Source: Pseudomonadota bacterium (lineage in GTDB: Bacteria > Pseudomonadota > Gammaproteobacteria > Ga0077536). Taken from it: a stretch of 64,000 bases of DNA. The stretch is taken from NCBI GenBank assembly GCA_036130055.1, contig JAYYOR010000013.1, positions 623-64,622 of the forward strand, written 5' to 3'. Positions 56,939 to 64,000 of this stretch are shown here, in pieces. A program made the translations under genes and the position numbers. The notes under the pieces are model-generated. The model saw only the letters and a list, made by a program, of their open reading frames with translations. It made no database searches and was not told where the DNA came from. Positions within the stretch are counted from its first letter, which is position 1; the number at the start of each line of letters is the position of its first letter.

Positions 56939-58831
56939 TCACTCGTTATTACCCTGAATCTCTAAGGCTTCCCATCTTTCCATTAAGTCTTCAATTTGCG
57001 ATTCCAGGTCCAAAACTGATTTTAAAACTGGTCTACTCTCGTGATAGGGTAGTTTGTAGAATTCCGCTTCGTTTACTCTCTCTTGCATTTGCTTAAGTTT
57101 ATTTTCCAATTCGGAAATCTTGGCTGGCATCATCTGTAGTTCTCGTTTTAGCTTGTAGCTTAATTTTTTTTTGGTTTTTCGATTAAAATTAGATGCCTTA
57201 TTTTTGTTCTTTGTTGTTTCAATCTTTTCAATTATTTTTAAAGACTTTTTGCTTTCGAGCCACTGTGCATAACCCCCGGCGTAGGAACTAATTTTATCTC
57301 CTGTTTCAAAAACTAAAATATTAGTGGCCACTCTGTCTAAAAAATACCTATCGTGACTTGATATAATCAGCGTGCCGCCGAAGGACAAAATCTGCTCCTC
57401 TAATGCCTCCATCGTTTCAACATCAAGATCATTAGTAGGTTCATCTAATATTAATATACTTGCTGGTTTTGTAAATAGTTTTGCCAATCTAGCTCTATTT
57501 CTTTCTCCTCCAGATAAATAACGGATAGGAGTTAGTGCGCGTTTTGCGGAAAATAAAAACCCCTTTAGATAACCAACGACGTGCCTCTCTTTTCCGTTTA
57601 TTGAAATATAGTCCATTCCGTCCCCTACATAATTCGCTATATTTTTTTCTAAATCAAAAAGTTCATCTTTTTGATTAAAATATCCGATGGAGGCGCCATC
57701 TGATATTTTTATAGTACCGTTTTGCGGTTGAAGGCGACCGGTGATAAGATCGAGAAGAGTACTTTTACCAACCCCGTTGTTTCCGAGTAGTCCAATTCTT
57801 TGGCCTTTAGTAATTACGAGACTAAGTTTTTTGATTATGTTTGAAGTTTTATCATAACTAAATGAACAGTTATAGAGTTCTATTAATTTTCGAGAAGAGA
57901 GTTCTTCAGTCTGTATAGTAATTTTTATTTTTTGATTGGGTGTTACTCTATTTGAATAGTCTTCTCTTAATTTATTAAGTGCCTTCTTTCGTCCTTCATT
58001 TTTTGTACCTCTTGCTTTTACTCCTTGTTTAACCCAGGCTTCTTCTTTATTTAACTTCTTTGTTAGTTTCTTAATTTGCCTCTGTTCATTTGTCTCACTT
58101 GATTTCTTTTTTATTAAAAAATCTTGGAAACTGCCGTTCCACTCATTCAGTTTTCCTCTGTTAAGCTCAACAATTTTTGTAGAAATACCTTTTAAAAAAT
58201 AACGATCATGAGTTGTGAAAATGAGACTTCCTTTGAAACCAAGTAGTTTTTTCTCAAGCCACTCAATAGTTTCAATATCGAGATGATTAGTAGGCTCGTC
58301 TAGCAGAAGTATGTCAGGCTCGTTAATTATTGATCTCGCAAACGACACTCGCCTCTTCCAACCTCCTGATAATTTATCTATTGTTGCGTTCAAAGGCAAA
58401 TTAAGTTCTGTCGCAATTCTTTCAATACGATTGTCTACATTCCAGCCAGAGCCGGTTTCAATTCGGGTTTGTAGTTGCTCAAGTAATTTAATTACTTCTT
58501 TGGTATGTTTCTTTTTAGATAGGTAGTTATACTTTTTAATTAATTCCACATGATCGCTTAGTCCTGTCTTTAAATAGCTTTTTACATTTAGATTAGGTCT
58601 TCTTGGTAACTCTTGCTGTAACAGCTCCATTTTCAAACCGTCCAACTTAATCACTTGTCCAAAATCGGGTTGGATAATGCTCATCACGATTCTGAAAAAA
58701 GTCGATTTTCCTGTCCCATTTCTTCCTAACAGGCAGATCCTTTCATTTTTTTTTAATTCAAAATTAACTTTGTCGAGAATTACTTGCTCGCCGTATTTTA
58801 ACGAAACTTCTTTTAAGGCTAATAGTGCCAT
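56939..58831 (-). CDS. uup: ABC-F ATPase Uup
   Basis: Two ABC cassettes (GRNGTGKST/LSGGW/LLDEPTNHLD and GNNGVGKST/LSGGE/LDEPTNDLD), EEAWVKQGVKAR linker, KLSYKLKREL C-terminal coiled coil. Confidence 0.93.
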   Translation of the reverse strand: MALLALKEVSLKYGEQVILDKVNFELKKNERICLLGRNGTGKSTFFRIVMSIIQPDFGQVIKLDGLKMELLQQELPRRPNLNVKSYLKTGLSDHVELIKKYNYLSKKKHTKEVIKLLEQLQTRIETGSGWNVDNRIERIATELNLPLNATIDKLSGGWKRRVSFARSIINEPDILLLDEPTNHLDIETIEWLEKKLLGFKGSLIFTTHDRYFLKGISTKIVELNRGKLNEWNGSFQDFLIKKKSSETNEQRQIKKLTKKLNKEEAWVKQGVKARGTKNEGRKKALNKLREDYSNRVTPNQKIKITIQTEELSSRKLIELYNCSFSYDKTSNIIKKLSLVITKGQRIGLLGNNGVGKSTLLDLITGRLQPQNGTIKISDGASIGYFNQKDELFDLEKNIANYVGDGMDYISINGKERHVVGYLKGFLFSAKRALTPIRYLSGGERNRARLAKLFTKPASILILDEPTNDLDVETMEALEEQILSFGGTLIISSHDRYFLDRVATNILVFETGDKISSYAGGYAQWLESKKSLKIIEKIETTKNKNKASNFNRKTKKKLSYKLKRELQMMPAKISELENKLKQMQERVNEAEFYKLPYHESRPVLKSVLDLESQIEDLMERWEALEIQGNNE

Positions 58832-58854
58832 CCGCTCTGGAGAACGTTCTGAAG

Positions 58855-59436
58855 CTACGGGCTTATTGTTACATTTTCAATAATAATAGCTTCCTTGGGC
58901 ACGTCGCGATGACCATTTTTGCTGTGAGTTTCGGATTCTGCAATCTTGTCAACGACCTTCATGCCATCAATTACCTTGCCAAAAACAGCATAACCCCAGC
59001 CTTGAGAAGATTTATCACGATGTTCTAGAAAATCATTATGCACTAGGTTGATGAAAAATTGTGAACTCGCACTATGAGGATCAGAGGTTCTAGCCATTGC
59101 TATTGAACCTCTTTCGTGTATTAGGCCATTAGCGGCTTCATTTTGAATCGGCTCATCAGTCGCTTTATATTCCATATCACTTTCGAAACCTCCTCCTTGA
59201 ATCATAAATCCAGGAATCACTCTATGAAATATTGTCCCTTCATAAAAGTTTTTCGTTGCATATGAAAGAAAGTTATTGCATGTAATGGGTGCTTTCTCTA
59301 AATTCAGTTCAATCGTTATATCACCCTTATTTGTATGTAATATTATTGCTTTGTTGTCTTTCATAAGGGTATTCGCCTCGCTAATTAATGTTAAAAACAA
59401 ACATAATGTAATTATTATAAAGATTTTTAATTTCAT
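58855..59436 (-). CDS. Cyclophilin-type peptidyl-prolyl isomerase with signal peptide (PpiA/PpiB family)
   Basis: [38 protein letters not shown]; hydrophobic N-terminal leader. Confidence 0.95.
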   Translation of the reverse strand: MKLKIFIIITLCLFLTLISEANTLMKDNKAIILHTNKGDITIELNLEKAPITCNNFLSYATKNFYEGTIFHRVIPGFMIQGGGFESDMEYKATDEPIQNEAANGLIHERGSIAMARTSDPHSASSQFFINLVHNDFLEHRDKSSQGWGYAVFGKVIDGMKVVDKIAESETHSKNGHRDVPKEAIIIENVTISP

Positions 59437-59445
59437 GTTCTCTCC

Positions 59446-60207
59446 TCAATTTTTTAAAAACATCAGTGCATCAGACGAAGAATTTTTTGATGAAAAGACA
59501 TATCCATTGTCACTAAAATCTTTTAAATCCTCGATATTTTTTACCTTATTTTTAATGATAAACCTTGCCATCATTCCTCTTGCCTTTTTTGCATTAAACG
59601 ATATCACTTTATATTCTCCATTTTTTTTATCTTTAAAAGTTACATCTACAAATTTTTCCGAAAGCTCAGCGCGATTTATTACTTTTGAGTATTCATTAGA
59701 AGCGAGATTTAAAACTGCCTGAGATTCAGTTTCGGAAATTTCTTGATTAATTTGTCGTGTTATTTCTTGCCACCAGAAACCATAAAGGTCAGCATGTTGT
59801 TGAATTTTAAACTTGGTCCCCATCTCTAGCCGATAGGGGTGAAGACCATCTAGTGGCCGTAGGATTCCATAAAGGCCGGATAAGATACGTAAATATTTTT
59901 GGGCATATTTTATATCTCTCCGAGTCAGTGAATACGCGTCTAAGCCCGAATAGACATCACCGTCAAAAGTAAAGATAGCTTGTCTTGAGGTAATCTCGTC
60001 TTTGGACCAGTCTAAAAACCTTTTATTATTTAACTCCGCTAAATTTTTGCTTATCCCCATAAGCTTGCTTAACTGCTGCGGGGTATTTTTTCTCAGTTTC
60101 TTGACTAGGTGTTCCGCTTCTTTGATAAATACTGGTTTCGTGTTTGTCTCTATATGAATTGAATCTTCTAGATTAAGTCGTTTCGCTGGTGATATTAGAA
60201 CAATCAT
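59446..60207 (-). CDS. yaaA: Peroxide stress protein YaaA (UPF0246)
   Basis: ISPAK, F.GDVY.GL, LRILSGLYGILRPLD, YRLEMGT, NLASNEY, AKKARG. ATG at 60207. Confidence 0.95.
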   Translation of the reverse strand: MIVLISPAKRLNLEDSIHIETNTKPVFIKEAEHLVKKLRKNTPQQLSKLMGISKNLAELNNKRFLDWSKDEITSRQAIFTFDGDVYSGLDAYSLTRRDIKYAQKYLRILSGLYGILRPLDGLHPYRLEMGTKFKIQQHADLYGFWWQEITRQINQEISETESQAVLNLASNEYSKVINRAELSEKFVDVTFKDKKNGEYKVISFNAKKARGMMARFIIKNKVKNIEDLKDFSDNGYVFSSKNSSSDALMFLKN

Positions 60208-60227
60208 AATTTTCAACCTTGATATAT

Positions 60228-61610
60228 TTATAAATTTGTAGGGATAATAAACATTGCTAGGGAACAGACTAAAAAGCATGCGGCTGCGACAATAAAGGTA
60301 TAGCCTACAACATCGCCAAATCGCATTCTGGTTACTGCTAGTATGGGTATTGCGAAGAAAGGCTGAATAAGATTGCTTGTTGAGTCGCCGTAAGCGTAAG
60401 CCAGAAGGGTGGTGATCACAGAAACATCCAATTGTTCACCTGCAGGTATTAAGAAGGGAGCTTCAATCATCCATTTTGCGCCAGCAGACGGTACAAAAAG
60501 ATTCATGAATCCAGAGTAAGCATACACTACCCATGGATATGTGGAAGTAGTAGAAATAGTCGCAAACAAGTTGCCTAACCAATCTCCCAAGTCGGTTTTT
60601 TGCAGTAAGCCAAAGATTCCGGCATAAAACGGGAATTGAATAATAATACCCCAGGCGGAGGTGACTCCCTCTCTAACCGCTGTTAGGAATGAAGGTGCAT
60701 TTCCGTGTAAAATTAGGGCAATCACCAAAAATGTTATGTTATATGCATTAATCGTCCAGCTAGTCCCAAACCCTTGATTTACGATTGAATGCCCAAGGGG
60801 ATATGCTAATAGAACGATTGCAAGTAAAATCCAGCCACGAAAGCGATCAATAAAGTCGGCTGGACGAGAGGCTTGCGGTAGTTCTTTTGGAGGTTTGGGT
60901 ATTATATTTTTTATCTCATCTTCGGTTAGTATTCGTGCATTTTTTTTTGGGTGTAGTATGCAAGTGAGAAGTAAACCCGTAGTCCCTATAACCACCAAAA
61001 AAATTAAGTTAAACTTATTAAATAGGGTTTCAGTTACCGGATATAGTCTGTCGACAATTGAGACACCTTCAATATTTGCCATCAAGAGGGGATTTTCGGG
61101 TGTTGCTAAAATCAGAGGAGCCGAACCAGATAAACCACCATGCCACACTGTTCCTAAGCCTAAGTAAGATGCGCAAATTAAGAGCCTGACGTCAACTCTA
61201 GGATTATTCTTTAACATAAATGGTGTGAATAAAGCACAAGCAACTAAGCATAAAGCCCAATTTAAATACCCAGTCACTAATGAAAAGACTCCTGCAAGAA
61301 TTAGCGCTTGAACTGGCTCTTTTTTGTTTGGTATGGATGATAACCAGCTAAATAGTTTGTAAATTGGTTTCGAGGATACGCATGCGTGTGCTGCAACCAT
61401 TGCGATTGTAAATTGCATTCCGAGACCTAGCAGAGACCACACTCCATCTCCCCAAGCAAGAATAGTGTCCTCAAGTGATGTGCCGACTCCAAAAATGCAC
61501 AAAAAAATAGCTATCAGGGTAAGAATCATGCAAATTACCCATGCATCGGGGACCCATCTTTCAGTAAAAGAGGAAAGTCCGGCACCGAGATCTCGTAGAT
61601 GAGACAACAT
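60228..61610 (-). CDS. Short-chain fatty acid transporter (AtoE/TIGR00366 family)
   Basis: ERWVPD, WGDG.W.LL, WHGGLSGSAPL, IIIQFPFYAGIFG, FVPS, AYGD..NLIQPF. ATG at 61610 is preferred. Confidence 0.9.
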   Translation of the reverse strand: MLSHLRDLGAGLSSFTERWVPDAWVICMILTLIAIFLCIFGVGTSLEDTILAWGDGVWSLLGLGMQFTIAMVAAHACVSSKPIYKLFSWLSSIPNKKEPVQALILAGVFSLVTGYLNWALCLVACALFTPFMLKNNPRVDVRLLICASYLGLGTVWHGGLSGSAPLILATPENPLLMANIEGVSIVDRLYPVTETLFNKFNLIFLVVIGTTGLLLTCILHPKKNARILTEDEIKNIIPKPPKELPQASRPADFIDRFRGWILLAIVLLAYPLGHSIVNQGFGTSWTINAYNITFLVIALILHGNAPSFLTAVREGVTSAWGIIIQFPFYAGIFGLLQKTDLGDWLGNLFATISTTSTYPWVVYAYSGFMNLFVPSAGAKWMIEAPFLIPAGEQLDVSVITTLLAYAYGDSTSNLIQPFFAIPILAVTRMRFGDVVGYTFIVAAACFLVCSLAMFIIPTNL

Positions 61611-61686
61611 ATTAATAGTTTCCAATAATTTTTTTTAATGTGATAATTGTCGTTGTGTTTAGTTTTGGTTTCAACTAGTTTTTTGA

Positions 61687-62154
61687 ATGGATTTACAAAA
61701 AGAATTACTTTTTAAGGTACTTGATAAGTCAAACGTTGCTAGACTAGCGCTTATAGATAGAAAATTCCTTCCTGATGCTATGCCGATAGTTTTCGGTAGA
61801 CGCGAGAATGTGCTTTTTAGTCCTGTGGATGGCAAACCAAAAAAAACTGCCAATCTGGCAAGAATAAAGAATCTTGAAGCAAATTCAAATACGATGCTAC
61901 TGTTTGACCACTATTCTTCTAACTGGGAAGATTTGTGGTGGCTTAGGTTAGTTTGTGATGCGAAGGTAGTTATAAATCCCAGAGAAACCAGAGAATACGA
62001 AAGGATTTTATACGAAAAATACGAACAATATCAAATTACGGAAATGAGTAAAAGTCAAACCAAGAAGACTTTTATAATCTTTGAGGTATTATCTTTAAAA
62101 TACTGGGGCTTTTTAGGGGAAAACAGCTTGTTAAAATGGCTTGAGGAAGTTTAG
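61687..62154 (+). CDS. PPOX-class (split beta-barrel) flavin/F420-binding protein, Rv0121-like
   Basis: VARLA, PIVF, VDGKPK...LARIKNL, FDHYS.NW..LWW.R, L.EKY.QY. Confidence 0.82.
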   Translation: MDLQKELLFKVLDKSNVARLALIDRKFLPDAMPIVFGRRENVLFSPVDGKPKKTANLARIKNLEANSNTMLLFDHYSSNWEDLWWLRLVCDAKVVINPRETREYERILYEKYEQYQITEMSKSQTKKTFIIFEVLSLKYWGFLGENSLLKWLEEV

Positions 62155-63068
62155 TATTTTACGAGTTTATAAAATTCTTTTTTTATTTCGCTTATAGAAT
62201 TAATGAAGTCTTCGCAGTCATAATTATTTTGTCTCTCCGGGAAAAAAACAAAATTTTTATAGCCCTGTTCGTATAACTCACAAAGTTGTTTAGGATTTTT
62301 AGGAGCATCAAAAAGAATAATTAATAAATCTTGAAAATTTCTGCTATGTCTATCACATTCAATTTTAAGATCCTGGAGAGGCTCAGAATTTTTTTCGTAA
62401 CGATTGAAAATAGGCATCCAGCCGTCTCCGTATCTTACTACTTTTTTTACTACTGATTTATGGTTTGAACCGATTAAGATAGGAGGACCTTTCTTTTGAA
62501 ATGGTTTTGGGTATTGTTTTACCGGACCTTTTAGTTTAAAAAATTTTCCTTCATGATTTATTTCTTCGTTTGTCCAAAGTTTTTTGATTAGGTCTACGTG
62601 CTCTTCAACAATCGCCCATCTTTGCTCAAAGCAAGAACCGTGATTCTCCATTGCCTCTTTTATCCAACCGCCAGCTACTCCGAATATTAGACGGCCATTT
62701 GAAAGGTGATCTAGGGTCGAAATTGCTTTTGCGGTGATAATAGGGTCTCTTTCCGTTAATAAACAGACGCCTGTGCCTAACTTTATGCTTTTTGTTTGTG
62801 CGGCGCACGCTGATAGCGAGATTATAGGATCGTACATCATGCCGAATAACTTAAAGGTCTCTTTTTTATAATATTTTTTCGCTGTATTAGTTATGGGAAT
62901 ATGGCTATTTTCAGCTAAAAACAAATAGTCTAAATTTTTCTTTTCGGCAATTATTGCGATTACATTGGGTTGGGGTATATTTTCTGTTGGAAAGATACAA
63001 ATACCAAAATTTACTTGTTCTGACACTAGAGCACTCCAAGTGAGACTTTTATTTTGATATTGTACCAA
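62151..63068 (-). CDS. LLM-class flavin/F420-dependent oxidoreductase, Rv2161c-like
   Basis: ENSHIP, DP.I.L...AA.T..IKLGTGV, RDPIITAKAISTLDHLSNGR..FGV..GW..E, PKP.Q..PPI.IG, YGDGW.P. Confidence 0.88.
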   Translation of the reverse strand: MVQYQNKSLTWSALVSEQVNFGICIFPTENIPQPNVIAIIAEKKNLDYLFLAENSHIPITNTAKKYYKKETFKLFGMMYDPIISLSACAAQTKSIKLGTGVCLLTERDPIITAKAISTLDHLSNGRLIFGVAGGWIKEAMENHGSCFEQRWAIVEEHVDLIKKLWTNEEINHEGKFFKLKGPVKQYPKPFQKKGPPILIGSNHKSVVKKVVRYGDGWMPIFNRYEKNSEPLQDLKIECDRHSRNFQDLLIILFDAPKNPKQLCELYEQGYKNFVFFPERQNNYDCEDFINSISEIKKEFYKLVKY

Positions 63069-63095
63069 TAAATAAATGAGATTTAATTTTATTAT

Positions 63096-63974
63096 ATGAT
63101 TTATTTGAAGTTGGTTTTGGCTACGATTGTTTGGGGTTTGACTCCCACAATAAATAAGTTGCTGTCGGAATATAGTTCTCCATTTGTTATTACCTTCTTT
63201 AGGTTCTTTTTTGCGGGCTTAGCATTTAGTTTTCTTTTTGTGTACTTGCGGAAAAACTTTTATTTCACCAAATCTAGTTTGGTATTATTCTGCTGTTTGG
63301 GTTTTTTTGGCTTCGTCATGCATAATGCATTGATGTGCAAGGGGCTCGAAGGAACCTCTGCTGGGCTTACTTCTATTATAATGTCATTGATTGTGGTCCA
63401 AGTAGTCTTAATTGAATGGTTGTTAACCAAAAAAACACCCTCAAAGCTAGTGTCGTTGGGTATTTTAATGACAATATTCGGAGTGTATTTTGTCTCTGGT
63501 AATGATGGGCTCAAAGGTCCAGAAGATTTCTTTTTTAGTGAATTTTTAGTTTTTCTCTCAGCATTATCGTGGGCTATTTATACAGTCATATGCAGGACTG
63601 CTCTAAAACATCATGATGAGTTAACAGTTCTTACTTTTGCAACTCTATTTGCTATTTTATTTTTGCTACCCCTTCCTGCCCTTCATTATGACGTTGTGAC
63701 AAATATTATCATGGATCACTTTTCTGTAGGGTTACTTGCATTCACAGGCTTGATAAGCTCTGCTTTGACTTTTTTTTGGCATCAACAGGCCATTCAAAAA
63801 ATTGGTGTCCTTACAACTTCAATTTTTTTGAATTTGGTTCCGATATTCGGAGTCATAAGTGCAACCTTAATATTGAAAGAAGAGTTTAATATAAGAATGA
63901 TTATTGGAACGATTATTACGGTTGCTGGTGTTGTAATCGTAAATGTTTTCCAAAAACCAAAAAGTAATAATTAA
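63096..63974 (+). CDS. DMT/EamA-family transporter
   Basis: About ten TMs; ..WG, P.....RF, ALSWAIY, F.NLVPIFG......L.E. Confidence 0.9.
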   Translation: MIYLKLVLATIVWGLTPTINKLLSEYSSPFVITFFRFFFAGLAFSFLFVYLRKNFYFTKSSLVLFCCLGFFGFVMHNALMCKGLEGTSAGLTSIIMSLIVVQVVLIEWLLTKKTPSKLVSLGILMTIFGVYFVSGNDGLKGPEDFFFSEFLVFLSALSWAIYTVICRTALKHHDELTVLTFATLFAILFLLPLPALHYDVVTNIIMDHFSVGLLAFTGLISSALTFFWHQQAIQKIGVLTTSIFLNLVPIFGVISATLILKEEFNIRMIIGTIITVAGVVIVNVFQKPKSNN

Positions 63975-64000
63975 CTTTTTATCTTAAGCAAATTTTTTCT

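Noticed and set aside
56850-64000. Genomic island or prophage integrated at tRNA-Thr
   Set aside because: No integrase, att duplication or phage genes were seen; the adjacent genes (uup, cyclophilin, yaaA) are housekeeping.

Overview
A gene-dense, AT-rich chromosomal segment, most consistent with a streamlined, probably marine, gammaproteobacterium (inferred from gene order and protein motifs; no database search was possible). About two-thirds is core genome: eno-ftsB-ispDF, purL/purB, rnt, MTA-salvage genes (mtaD, mtnA, MTI phosphorylase, hpt), gyrA-pheA-tyrA-aroA-cmk-rpsA-ihfB-lapA-pyrF-mfd, glyA-nrdR-rib operon-nusB-thiL, cysB-birA-coaX, tRNA-Thr(TGT), uup, a cyclophilin and yaaA. No transposase, integrase, phage gene, rRNA or CRISPR array was seen. 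The most striking element is a co-oriented 10-gene cluster at 38291-48076 (minus strand) that reads as an uncharacterised ion-driven trans-envelope machine. It encodes a MotA/TolQ/ExbB channel, two ExbD-like single-pass proteins carrying vWA/MIDAS domains (one keeps the TM Asp, one has Ser), a degenerate actin/Hsp70-fold protein with an FHA-like tail, a PEGA-repeat protein with a Cys-less FGE-sulfatase domain, a TPR+PEGA protein, three lipoproteins and a small secreted peptide. A (TTGTTTA)4 repeat lies inside the cluster, and a fabY-thioesterase unit sits directly upstream on the same strand. A second candidate novelty is an orphan 145-aa protein with three AGIRG[FY] repeats at an exact 18-aa period, located next to the tRNA.
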